A stretch of 53,689 nt of DNA, taken from positions 62,001-115,689 of the forward strand of contig CAUYUJ010000299.1 of NCBI GenBank assembly GCA_963575745.1, read 5' to 3'. How positions within the stretch are numbered: position 1 is the first letter of the stretch; every line of letters starts with the position of its first letter. The notes beneath the pieces are model-generated. The model searched no databases. It had not been told where the DNA came from and saw nothing but the letters and a program-made list of their open reading frames with translations. This document shows positions 1 through 11,928 of the stretch, piece by piece. The DNA comes from Prorocentrum cordatum (taxonomy: Eukaryota). Position numbers and translations under genes: made by a program.

Positions 1-45
<45 letters not shown>

Positions 46-900
46 CCCCTCCCTATCCCCGTTGTCGCCGTTGTTGTCTTCGTCACCGCCCCTGCAGTCG
101 TCGTCGCCGTCGTCGTCGTCGTAATCGCCGTCATCGTCGCACCTCGGATTTCGTCGTCGTCGTCGTCCCTTCCCCGCCCCCTCCACTCCCAGCTCTCTCT
201 CACCGCTCCCTCCTCGCTTCCTCCCTCATCCCCTATACTTGCTGCGTGCGCCCCCCTGTCCCGCCGAAGCTGCGGTTGAGCATCTGGCGGCGTTTCTTGA
301 GCCAAACGACTGCGCGCAGACGAGGAGACGCCGCCGACGACGACGACGATGGCACCCAAGACGGCCCCCAAGACGACCCACCCAATGGGTCGTTCATGAC
401 CTTCAAAACCCCAAGAGGGCCCCCGAGACCCCGCCGACGACGACGACGACGCCGACGACCGACGACCGACGACCGACGACCGACGGCGACCGACAACGCC
501 CGACGACGACCGACGACGACGACGACGACTCCCGACGGCGCCCGACGACGCCCGACGACGACCGACTCCACCTTCTTCCTCGTCCTCCTCCTCGCCCCCT
601 GTCTCCCCTCCTCCTTGTTCTCCTCGTCCCTTCCTCCTCTCGTCGTCCCCCTCCCCCCCCTCCACGCCCTCGCCCTCCTCGGATGGGAAGGGCGGAAGCC
701 AGGAGAGGAGGAGGATGGGGGGGAGGAGGGGGGGAAGGATGAGAAGGAGGAGGATGGAGGAGGAGAGGGGTGGGGGGGGGAGGAGGAGGAGAAGGAGGAG
801 AAGGGAGAAGTAGGTGTAGGAGAAGAAGGGGGGGAGGAGGAGGAGGAGGAGGAGGAGGAGGAGGAGGAGGAGGAGGAGGAGGAGGAGGAGGAGGGAGGAG
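1..900. repeat. Low-complexity microsatellite mosaic: (GTC)n, (GAC)n, C/T-rich tract, (GAG)n
   Basis: Directly visible trinucleotide runs; the ORFs here are homopolymeric translations. Confidence 0.95.
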
Positions 901-1152
901 GAAGGGAGAGGCAGAGCAGCGGGGCCCGCCGCCCCTGCTGTCAGGTGCGTGCTGGAGACGCAGAAAGGCGCTGCACATGACGAGTGTGCCGAAAGGGCAT
1001 CATGGAGCTACCTATGGGGCCACTACAAAAAGAGACGCCCGACGACCATTGCCTAGCGACGTCCGACGACGACGCCCGACGCATTGGGGGTGAGAGGAGA
1101 ATAGTATTCATATTGAGCGCGTGTATAGAGGGGGGTGCGGCGGGCACACGAG

Positions 1153-1192
1153 GTTTCCATTCGGAACGGCCGAAGACGTTCCGAATGGAAAC
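1153..1192. other. Perfect 16-bp inverted repeat hairpin with 8-nt loop
   Basis: GTTTCCATTCGGAACG-gccgaaga-CGTTCCGAATGGAAAC. Confidence 0.9.
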
Positions 1193-1205
1193 GCGCGAAG
1201 GAAAC

Positions 1206-1220
1206 GCCATTTTGGCTCAG
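1206..1220 (+). other. Dinoflagellate spliced-leader (DinoSL) relic
   Basis: GCCATTTTGGCTCA is a 14/14 match to the core of DinoSL (DCCGTAGCCATTTTGGCTCAAG). Confidence 0.7.
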
Positions 1221-1449
1221 CGCGGTTCAGCCGCGGCTCAGGCTAATTATAAGTTGGCCTTAGGCCTGTAAAAACGTGTGTAGTCAGCGCAACGATGCTG
1301 TTACATGTGTGCAATCGACGCAACGACGGCGTGAACGTACCTCCGGTGCTCCGGTGAGGCCGTAGAACGCCACCGGAGCTCCGGTGGCGTTTTGATCGTC
1401 TCCGGGGGCGCTACAACCTCACAAAGAAGGCCACCGGGAGAGTCTAGGT

Positions 1450-2900
1450 GCTGGCGGGCACCACCACCGTCCGGCTTCTAATCTTAAGCCCTCTAGCTCT
1501 CAGAGAGCTCTCCGGGATCTAGTTGTGCGCCGTCTGCGCCCAAGCCAAGCGCCCGCATACTTCAGATTGCCCCGAATCACGATTCACTTCTGATTTCTGT
1601 GCGGGAGAGCTCTCAAGCTTATCGCAGCTCGAGTTAAGTGAAACGTTTCATCATGAGTTCGAAAAAAAATCGGTCGCATACGAAGGTTTGCGGACCTAGC
1701 TCGAGTAGCAGACTCTGTTCAGAGCTCTAGATTCTTCAGCCAAGCGCCCCTGATGATTCTGGATCGGTTTCTGTGCGTACCAACTCTGTAGCTCTGCTAG
1801 AGCTCGAGCTAAGTACAGAATACCGACAGCGCCTGTAGAGAACTTGAGAAAAACGAATAGTGTCGTGGACCTAGCTCGAGTAGCAGACCGAGTTCAGACC
1901 TCTCGATGCAACAGACGAGGGCGCCTGGTGATACTGAATCGTTTATGTGCGTACCAGCTCTGTAGCTCCTCCAAATCTTGAGTTAAGTCTAGTAAACCGA
2001 CAGTACTCGTCAAAATGACTCGAAGAATACGTATAGTTTTGCGGACGTAGCTCGAGTAACATACCGAGTTCCAGACGCGTGGACGCGTGCCGAAGACGCT
2101 CCCGGACCAGCTGCCGGCACGGGCGAACTGCTGCGGGGATCGTGGACCGGCGGAGATGGGCTGCTGGCGGGCACCACCACCGTCTGGCTTCTAATCTTAA
2201 GCCCTCTAGCCCTCAGAGAGCTCTCCGGGAACTAGTTGTGCGCCGTCTGCGCCCAAGCAAGCGCCTAGATACTTCAGATTACCCCGAATCGCGATTTACT
2301 TCTGATTTCTGTGCGGGAGAGCTCTCAAGCTTATCGCAGCTCGCATTGAGTGAAACGTTTCATCATTAGTTCGAAAAAAATCGGTCGCATACGAAGGTTT
2401 GCGGACCTAGCTCGAGTAGCAGACTCTGTTCAGAGCTGTAGATTCTTCAGCCAAGCGCCCCTGATGATTCTGGATCGGTTTCTGTGCGCACCAACTCTGT
2501 AGCTCTGCTAGAGCTCGAGCTAAGTACAGAATACCGACAGCGCCTGTAGAGAACTTGAGAAATACGAATAGTGTCGTGGACCTAGCTCGAGTAGCAGACC
2601 GAGTTCAGACCTCCCGATGCAACAGACGAGAGCGCCTGGTGATACTGAATCGTTTATGTGCGTACCAGCTCTGTAGCTCCTCCAAATCTTGAGTTAAGTC
2701 TAGTAAACTGACAGTACTCGTCAAAATGATTCGAAGAATACGTATAGTTTTGCGGACGTAGGTCGAGTAACATACCGAGTTCAGACAGACCTCTGGATGC
2801 AATAGACGCACACACCTGATGATTCTGAATTGGTTTCTGTAAGTATCAGCTCTCTAGCTTTTCTACATCTCGAGTTAAGTACGAAAAACCGTGAACGCTT
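1450..2900 (+). repeat. ~711-bp tandem duplication, each copy containing ~175-176-bp satellite monomers
   Basis: Anchor CTAGCTCGAGTA(G/A)CA recurs at 1696, 1871, 2047 and 2407, 2582, 2758; 1450-2070 is nearly identical to 2163-2780. Confidence 0.9.
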
Positions 2901-3229
2901 GTCAAGATGACTCGGAACACAGTTGGTTCCCTCAAGTGTTTTGATAATAATATTGCAGCTACGGACCTGAGAATTGAACTGGCAGACGCGGCATAACCCA
3001 CTACACGTGAGGAAAATCGGGTTTCTCAAAATGAATTGTCAAATATCTTTCAAATCTTACGAAAACCGACCCCAACTCACCATATTGTCTCTTAAGGTCG
3101 GGTCTGCCAACTAGCTCCACCCTGCGCCCGAATTCCTCTTAGCTCATCTTGCCAGTGAGCTCTACGAGGTACTTCATACTGTCCAAAACCCGGAGAGCAA
3201 AGAGACCCTCGGGGACGGGAAATCTTTTC

Positions 3230-6200
3230 TGGGGGGCTCTGGGGGGCTCCCCTGAAGCGCTTCGAAAGCGCTGCCAGGTACGCCTCCATGCGTGCCTGCA
3301 CGCGTGCAGGCACGCGTGGACGCGTGTCGGAAGCGCTCCCGGACCAGCTGCCGGCACGGGCGAGTTGCTGCGAGGATCGTGGACCGGCGGAGATGGGCTG
3401 CTGGCAGGCACCACCACCGTCCAGCTTCTAATCTAAAACCCTCTAGATCTCAGAAGCTCCCCGGGAGCACGAGGTACTAGCTCCACCCCGCACCGGAATT
3501 CCTCTAGCTCATCGATGCCGAAGAGCTCTACGAGGTACTCTTAAGCTTCCAGCAACTAGCTAAGGGAAGCTCTAGGAGTTGTTCCTCTAGCTCATCGATG
3601 CCGAAGAGCTCTACGAGGTACACAGCACACGCACGCGGCTCAGCGTGCGTGGAGACGTTGGAAATCTCGCGAGTCGGAGCTCTGGAGCCGCTGGAAAGCT
3701 TCCCTACGTTACTGCATGCTCTGGAGTAGCTGCCCTTCATAGCTCCAGAGGCTGCCCTGGAGCGCTTCTGAAGCGCCGCCAAGAACGCTTCCACGCGTGC
3801 CTGCGCGCGTGCAGGCACGCGTGGACGCGTGCCGGAAGTGCCCCCGGACCAGGCGCCGGCACGGGCGAACTGTTGCGACGATCGTGGAGCGGCGGAGATG
3901 GTCTGCTGGCGGGCACCACCACCGTCCGGCTTCTAACTTGGTAGCGTCCAAAACCCGGTGAGCGCAGAGACCCTCGAGGACGGGAAATCTTTCCTGGAGA
4001 GCTCTGGGGGGCTCCCCTGAAGCGCCTCGAAAGCGCTGCCAGGAACGCCTCCATGCGTGCCTGCACGCGTGCAGGCACGCGTGGACGCGTGCCGGAAGCG
4101 CTCCCGGACCAGCTGCCGGCACGGGCGAGCTGCTGCGAGGGTCGTGGGGCGGCGGAGATGGGCTGCTGGCGGGCACCGCCACCGTCCGGCTTCTAATCTA
4201 AAACCTTCTAGCTCTCAGAGAGCTCTCCGGGAATCTAAAACCCTCTAGCTCTCAGAGAGCTTTCCGGGACAATAAATGGTTACATATCTTTCAAATTTTA
4301 GCAAAACCGACCCAAAGTTACCGCATTGTCCGTCCGGGCCGGGTGGGCCAACTAGCTGCGCCCCGCGCCGGAAGTCCTCTAGCTCATCGATGCCGAAGAG
4401 CTCTACGAGGTATTTCTCTTAAGCTTCCAGTAACTAGCTAAGGGAAGCTCTACGAGTTATTACTCTTAAGCTTCCAGCAACTAGCTAGGGGAAGCTCTAC
4501 GAGTTACTCTCTTACCATCAGAACTCTACGAGGTACTAGCTCCACCCCGCGCCGGACTTGCTAGCCTCCAAAACCCGGAGAGCAAAGAGGCACTCGCACA
4601 ATGACAGCGCATGCACGCCGTTCAGCGTGCGTGGAGACGCTGGAATCTTCGCGCGACGCAGCTCTGGAGACGCTGGACAGCTTCCTTGCGAAGCTCTGAA
4701 TACTCTGGAAAGCTTGCTTAACGAGCTCGGTGGGGCTCTCTTGAAAAGCTTCTGAAGCACTTCCAAGCACGCTTTCACGCGTGCCTGCGCGTGTGCAGGC
4801 ACGCGTGGACGCGTGCCCAAAGCGTCCCCAGACGGGCTGCCAGGACCGGCGAGTTGCTGCGGGGATCGTGGACCGGCGAAGATGGGCTGCTGGCAGGCAC
4901 CACCACCGTCCGGCTTCTAATCTAAAACCCCATAGCTCTCAGAGAGCTCTCCGGGAAATTCCTCTTAGCTCATCGATGACGAAAAGCTCTACGAGGTATT
5001 ACTCTTAAGCTTCCAGCTACTAGCTAAGGGAAGCTCTACGAGTTATTATTCTGAAGCTTCCAGCAACTAGCTAAGGGAAGCTATGCGAGTTACTCCTCTA
5101 TCTCATCGATGCCGAAGAGCTCTACGAGGTACGCTGCACACGCACGCTAAGAGACGTAAGGAATATCGCAAGACGGAGTTCTGGAGCCGCTGGAAAGCTT
5201 CTGCGAGGCTGAAGGCTTTGGAGGAGAAGCTTTCCTTGAAAGCCCCGGGGCCCCCCGGGACCGCTTCTGAAGCGCTGCCAGGAACGCTCCCACGCGCGCC
5301 TGCACGTGTGCAGGCGCGCGTGGACGCTTGCCGGAAGCGCTCCCGGACCCGCTGCCGGCTCCGGCGAGGCGCTGAGGGGATCGTGGAGTGGTGGAGGTGG
5401 GCTGCTGGCAGGCACCACCACAGTCCGGTTTCTAATGTAAAACCCTATAGCTCTCAGAGAGCCCTCTGGGAAAAAAACCCGAGAGCAAAGAGACACTCTT
5501 ACCGGAAAGGTGTCCTGATCGGCCCTGGGGGGCTCTCCTGAAGCGCTTGTGAAGCCCTGCCAGGCACGCTTCCACGCGTGTCCGCGCGCGTGCAGGCGCG
5601 CGTGGACGTGTGCCGGAAACGCTCCCGGGCGGGCTGCGACCCCGGGCAGGTCGCTGCAAGGAACGTGGAGCGCCGTGGAGGAGCTGCTGGCAGGCACCAC
5701 CGCCGTCCGGCTTGTAATCTAAACCCTTATAGCTCTCAAAGAGCTCCCCGGGAACATTTCGTGACGGATGTCTGCAGCCGCTGGAAAGCTTCCCCGCGAA
5801 GCTCGGAAGACTCTGGAAATCATCCCTTCTGAGCCCTGGGGAGTTCTGCTAAAGCCCTTCTGACGCGCTGCCAGGCAAACTTTCGCGCGTGCCTGCGCGC
5901 GTGCAGGCGCGCGTGGACGCGTGCCGGAAGCGCTCCCGGACCCGCTGCCGGGTCCGGCGAGGCGCTGGGGGGATCGTGGAGCGGCGGACATGGTCTGCTG
6001 GCAGGCACCACCACCGTCCGGCTTCAATTCTAAAACCCTATAGCTCTCAGAGAGCTCTCCTGCAATTGTGGACAGCTTAGCTGGGGATCTCTGGGGGGCT
6101 CTCCTGACGCGCTTCTGGACAACTGCCAGCGGCGCTTCCCCGCGTAACCTGCACGCGTGCGGGCGCGCGTGGAGGCTTGCCAGAAGCGCCCCCGGACCCG

Positions 6201-6760
6201 CTGCCGGGACCGGCGAGTTGCTGCGAGGATCGTGGAGCGGCAGAGGTGGGGTCCCCTCTGAAGCCCTCAGCTCCCCAAGGAGCTACCCGGGAAAACCTGG
6301 AGGGCAAAACGTGCACTCACACTGGGAGGCTTTCCTGACGAGCTCCAGGGCGCTCTCCTGAAGCGCTTCTGGAGCGCTGCCAGCGGCGCTTCCACGCGTG
6401 CCTGCACGCGTGCAGGCACGCGTGGACGCCTGCCGGAAGCGCCCCCGAACCCGCTGCCGGTTCCGGCAACTCGCTGCGACGAACGTGGAGCGCCAGGGAG
6501 GAGCTGCTGGCAAGCACCACCGCCGTCCCGCTTCGAATCTAAAACCCTATAGCTCTCAGAGAGCTCTCAGAGAGCTCTTCGGGGAAAACCCGGAGAGCAA
6601 AGAGGCGCTCGCACCGGGGAGCTTTCCTGACGGGCCCTTGGAAGGAAGCTCTCCTGCAGCGCGTCTGAAGCGCTATCAGCGACGCGTCCACGCGTGCCTG
6701 CGCGCGTGCAGAGACGCGTGAACGCATGCCGGAAGCGCTCCGGGACACGCTGCGACCTCA
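3230..6760 (+). repeat. Array of ~260-300-bp GC-rich repeats with a 34-36-bp palindromic core, interspersed with short AGCT-rich modules
   Basis: Core TCCACGCGTGCCTGCACGCGTGCAGGCACGCGTGGA (perfect at 6391-6426) recurs near 3286, 3791, 4051, 4776, 5290, 5572, 5884, 6140, 6391 and 6688. Units end in GGCACCACCACCGTCCGGCTTCTAATCT. Confidence 0.92.
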
Positions 6761-6859
6761 AACGGGGCGCCGGCGGCAAACCGTCAACCTTTCTTACCGC
6801 CGGGAGACTCGTAGAGCTTCCTTGCCATATATTATGTCCAAAGAATTAGCAGAGAGCGA

Positions 6860-7910
6860 ATATGTTTTTCAGCCCGAGCGCGGATAGCAGACTCATCTCA
6901 GGCGTCTAAATGCATTTCACTACTGCCTCTGATAATTCCCTTCCCATTGCTGTGCTGAACAGTTCTGTAGCTCATCTGCAGCACGAGTAGAACCAAGAAA
7001 AACAACATCATTTCCAAGAAAGTAGCAGAATACAAATCGGTGTTCAGCCCTAGCGCTAATAGCAGACTGAGCGCGGGTGCCTAGATACTTTCAAATAGCG
7101 CGCATGATGATTATCTCCCCATTGCAATGCCTAAGAGCTCTCAAGCTCATCTGCACCTCGAGTTCAGTCCAGAAAACGAATTCCATCACCAGAAAATAGC
7201 AGAGTATGAATAGTTCTTTGGCGTCTGCGCTGATAACAAACCCAAGCCAAGCGTCTAGATACTTCAGACTAGCGCGCCTCATGATTTTCTCTTGATTTCT
7301 GTGCCAAAGAGCTCTCAAGCTCATCTGCAGCTCGAGTTAAGTGAAGAAATTCACCATGATTTCGAAAACAAATTGGTCGAATACGAATAGTTTTTCGGAT
7401 CTAGCTCGAGTAGCAGACCGAGTTCAGACCTCTCGATGCAACAGACGAACGCGCCTGATGATTCTGAATCGATTTGTGTGCGTACCAGCTATGTAGCTCT
7501 CCTACAGCCTCAGTTAAGTACAGAAAACCAACAGCACCTGTGAAGAGGACTCGAAGAATACGAATAGTTTCGCGGACCTTGCTCGAGTAGCCGACCGACT
7601 TCAGACCTCTGGATGCAACAGACGAACGCGCATGATGATTCTGAATCGGTTTCTGTGCGTACCAGCTCTGTAGCTTTCCTACAGCCCGAATTAAGTACAG
7701 AAAATCGACAGCACCTGTCAAGCTGACTCGAGCAATACGAATAGTTTCGCGGACCTAGCTCGAGTAGCAGACCGAGTTCAGACCTCTGGATGCAACAGAC
7801 GAACGCGAATGATGATTCTGAATCGGTTTCTGTGCGCACCAGCTCTGTAGCTCTCGTAAATCTCGAGTTAAGTACAGAAAACCGACCACGCGTGTCAAGA
7901 TGACTCGAAA
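6860..7910 (+). repeat. ~177-bp satellite array (same family as 1690-2900)
   Basis: Anchors at 7401, 7578 and 7755 (177-bp spacing), with diverged monomers upstream. Confidence 0.88.
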
Positions 7911-8171
7911 CGGCCGATCCCGCCCGGACGCTTTTTGGCAGTTGTAGGTACCCGATCGAGCTGAGATCAAGACGGCGAGCGGTAATAAGATCGAATATCA
8001 CGGGAACAAATATTAGATTTCGAACGAACGGTTGAATTTCGAGAACAAAATTTTCAACCGAGCAAAAGTCACCAAAAGGTCAGTCGATATTTTTCTTGCC
8101 AACTAGCTTTCCAGCGCGTTCGAATTACTCTTACGCTTCCAGCAACTAGCTAAGGGAAGCTCTACGAGTTA

Positions 8172-9689
8172 CAGGTCGCTGCGAGAATTCTGGGCTTCGA
8201 ATCTGAAGCCCTATAGCTCTCAGAGGGCTCTCGGGGAACTTTGTTGGGAGCCGCTGGAAAACCGAGCAAATTGCTGCGAGGATGCCTGCCCGGGAGCCTT
8301 GGACAGGAGCTGGCATAGCCCTGCCTGCCAGCTTCTAATTCCCGGAGGGCCCCTTGTGGGGCTTGAAAGTCGTTAGAGAAGAAGCTGGCGGGTGCGCGTG
8401 CTCTGGCGCTCTCCCGCCCTCGCCGCTCCACGATCCTGGCCGGGTGTTGCAGCGGGTCCGAGAGCGCTTCGAGCACGCCTCGCCGCGTGCCTGCACGCGG
8501 GGAAGCATGCGTAGATGCGTCGTTGCTGCGCTTCCATAGCGCGCCTGGAAAGCCCCCCAAGCGCCATCGCGGGAGTTTTCCAGCGTCTCCACGCACGCGA
8601 AAACGCGTGCGTCAGGTCGCCAACCACGCGTAAACCGTGCGCGTGAGCGGCCCGGGGAAGGACTCGGGTTGCGGCCCTGGCGCTGGGAGCCAGGGTTGCG
8701 GCCCGGGGAAAGAGACCCCAAGTTGCGGCCCTTTACGAGCCGGCGGCAAACCGTCAACCAGGTTACCGCCAAGACCCTCGTAGAGCTCTTTACACGCGTA
8801 GCGCTGCTCGGTGCACAGGGAGGAAGCTTTCTTTAGTATCGGCTTGAAAATTGGAGAATATATTGTTTTGGTTTTAATGCAAAGTCGGTTCCCCCAATTG
8901 TTTCGATAGTAGTACTGCAGCTGCAGACCTGAGAACTTCACAGGCACACGCGGCATAACCCACTACTGGTGCGAAAAATACTGGTTCCCAAAACGAATTT
9001 TCAAATCGCTCACAATCTTCGAAAACCGATCATCGCATTTTCCGCCCAAGCCGGGTGGGCCAACTAGCTCCACCCCGCGCCGGAATCCCACCAGCCCTCT
9101 GGGCGTAGGTGGTTCCGGGAATTTCCTCTTCCAACCTCCTTCATCCCCTTCGGGGAGGGGTTTACCCCTCCCCCTAACCCCCTCTCCTGGACTTGGACGG
9201 GGGGGGGCCGCTGGTAGTTCGAGCGTTCAAAACGGCCTCGGCGAGGAAGCCAAAATCATCGGTTTTACTACGGTTTTGGCCGATTTTGGAGGCTCCCGAG
9301 GAGGGGCGCTAATTGGGAGACCCCCTTTCTTTGATCGATCACCTCCAAAATGGCCCCAAGAGCGCTCCCAAGGCTCCCAAGAGCGCCCCAAGAGGGCCTC
9401 ATGAGGCGCCCAGGAGGTCCCAAGAGGAGGCCAGGAGGCCCCAAGAGGCCTCCAAAAGTCCCTCAAAATACCCCCAACAGGCCCCCGAGAGGCCCCAAGA
9501 AGCTCCCACGAGGCACCCAAGACGGTCCAAGAAGCTCCCAGGACCGCCAATAGGCCCCCAAGACGCCCCAAGAGACCTCAAAGAGTATCCCAAGAGACGT
9601 CCCAAGAGACTCCGCGAGGCATTCAAGAGGCCTTTGAGTCTTCTGATCGCCCTTATCCTCCTCCTCCTCCCCCTCATCATCACCATCAC

Positions 9690-9742
<53 letters not shown>

Positions 9743-10590
9743 CCATCACCATCGTCAAGACCACCACCATCATCGTAATCATCAACATCATCAATATCAA
9801 CATCAACATCATCATCCGCCTATTCCTCCTCCTCCTCATTCCTCCCTCCCCACCCTCATCCTCCTCCTCTTCTTCCGCCTCCGACTCCTCCTCCATCTCC
9901 CCCCCCCCCTTGGGGTACGACGGCCTCCCCAGCCCCTTGTTCCTCTGTATGCTGCCCCGCTTCCATGATCACGTCTACTCGCCTGGGCGTCGTTTCTGGG
10001 TGGGCTGGTGGGGATACGCGAGGCGTTAAGAATTCCTCTAGCTCTTCGATGCCAAAGAGCTCTACGGGGTACTACAAGTCTGAAGCCCTTTTATCTTTCC
10101 CAGAAGCTATCCGGGAAATGCAAGGCGCCCGGAGGGCGTGGAACGGCGAATCGAAATGCTCTGGAAGGACCTGGAGACCGCTGCGAAGGACTTTCTGGAT
10201 AGCTTGTGGGCACCCTTACTGGGGTGCGCTTAGGATAGGTCTGTCGGGACACGCTGCGGCGTCAAGCGGAGCGCAGCGGCTGGGGCTCCCAACAAAAATG
10301 ATCTCTGGGGCTCCCCTGCGGCTCCGGCTTCTTAATCTTAACTTTCCTATAGTTTTCCGGGGATTCAGAAGCCGGAGCCGCAGGGTAGCCCCGGAAGTCA
10401 TTTTGGCTTCTGGCAGGGATCCTCGGCGCGCCTGAAGCGAAGCTGCAGCGTTGTCCGGCAAGCCTTATCTAAGCGTGTCCCAGTATAGGCGTGCTGGGGA
10501 ACTCTGCAGAACGTCCTGTGGACATTCTCTCCAAGTTCTTCTGGAATTCTTCGACGGCCCTTTCCGCGGCCCTTTCGCGCCCTGCTCAGG
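8172..10590 (+). repeat. Complex interspersed repeat, uninterrupted copy 1
   Basis: Near-identical to the concatenation of about 31280-31840, 32311-32411 and 46596-48270; contains CCCAAGA motifs, (CAT)n and a hairpin. Confidence 0.9.
10293..10408. repeat. MITE-like hairpin with ~45-bp imperfect arms; second copy at about 47982-48095
   Basis: GGGCTCCCCTGCGGCTCCGGCTTCTTAATC ... GATTCAGAAGCCGGAGCCGCAGGGTAGCCC (28/30 complementary). Confidence 0.8.
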
Positions 10591-10766
10591 AACACGAACG
10601 GGCGCGCCCGGGGTCTCGCCCCCCGGGCCGCGCGAGCGCCAACCTTTGGTCCTCGCCCCAGGGCCGCGCGGGCCTAACGCGCGTCTAAGCGTGCGTGGAG
10701 GCGCTGGAAACCTCGCGTAGCGGCCCTCTGGAGGCGCTGGAAAGCTTCCCTGGCGAGCTCTGAATA

Positions 10767-10798
10767 CCCAGAGGTCTGGAAGGACTGTTTTTTAGTCC
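10767..10798 (+). repeat. Left terminal inverted repeat
   Basis: CCCAGAGGTCTGGAAGGACTGTTTTTTAGTCC. Confidence 0.93.
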
Positions 10799-10920
10799 GG
10801 TGATTATGTTATGTATGTTGGTCATTATTTATAGTCCCCTTACATATTCGTGTTACATGGTAGTTCGTTAGTTATATACAGTTATTGTTTTTTTTTGCTC
10901 TGCGCGAAAATGATTGACGG

Positions 10921-10978
10921 TTTGAGCCAAGATGGCCAGTGGATACACGATCGTGCACGCACCTTCTTGAGCCATAAC
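10921..10978 (-). other. Two tandem DinoSL-like relics near the left end of the transposon
   Basis: The minus strand reads GTTATGGCTCAAG and then GCCATCTTGGCTCAA (14/15 to the DinoSL core). Confidence 0.55.
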
Positions 10979-11468
10979 AAGAGAGCACGGCTCGAGGAGG
11001 ATGGAGGAAGAGGTCGAGGAGGATGAGGACGAGGTCGAGGGGACGAGGGAAGGGGGAAATGGAACGAAGTAGTGGAAAAAGGGGGCACGAGTGTGCGTGG
11101 ACCGTGACATGCATGCAACGCTTGGCTTTCGAAAACCTTTCCAGGCCCCAGGGCTGTCCAGGAGCGAAAATATCTGCCCGCGGGAAGGGCGCGACGCACT
11201 GGTCATCAAAAACCAAGCGTTGTGCATAATGGGGGCAATTCCACGTGCGCATCTTGCACATGGTTGTAGAAGAGGATGATCGGGGAGGAAGGGGGGGGCG
11301 AAGGGGGGGGAAGATGATAAGAACGAGAACGAGATAAAGTATGAAAGGGGGGATGGGGAGGACGATAAAGGAGAAAGAGGATAGGGAGGAGGAGGAGGAG
11401 GAACAAAAGGGGGATGGGGAGGATGAGTAGTCGTAGTAGCAGTAGTAGTAGTAATAATAGTAGTAGTG

Positions 11469-11514
<46 letters not shown>

Positions 11515-11928
11515 GAGGAGGAGGAGGAGGAGGAGGAGGAGAAATATGAGGGGGGGGGGGGAACATGAGGAGGGATAAGACGATTACGACTAATAATAAT
11601 AAGAAGGCAATGACCAGTAATAACACGAAACGTAAGAATAATACTGCGACGAAGACGACGAGAATTGGGAGGGGGAGTTGGATGGGGGAGGAGGAAGATG
11701 AGGAGACGCATGAAGGGGGAGGAGACAGGAGGAGGAGGAGGTGGAGTAGGAGAAGGAGCAGGAAACGCATGAAAAGGAGGAGAAGGAGGAAGAGAAAGAT
11801 GACGACACGCAGGAGAGGAGAGCCATCACAATTTCCACGCGACGACGGGCCGCAGGTCGTCTGTACTGCACCTGCGCCCGTGATTGACGCGCGGCGGCGG
11901 CGGCCGCCGCCGCCGCGTCTGGCTGGCC

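Noticed and set aside
233..1093. Poly-E/P/R/G ORFs
   Set aside because: Microsatellite translations, open in most frames.
1206..1260. Functional SL RNA gene
   Set aside because: The leader is incomplete (no CCGTA 5' part, no CAAG|GT donor), so it is called only a relic.
3230..6760. CRISPR array (recurring ~36-bp palindrome)
   Set aside because: The intervening sequences are about 250 bp and homologous to each other rather than unique spacers; no cas genes; eukaryotic context.
9227..10029. Poly-Ile/Met 'membrane protein' ORFs (also 47129-47837)
   Set aside because: Derived from a (CAT)n tract of variable length; the frames differ between the two repeat copies.
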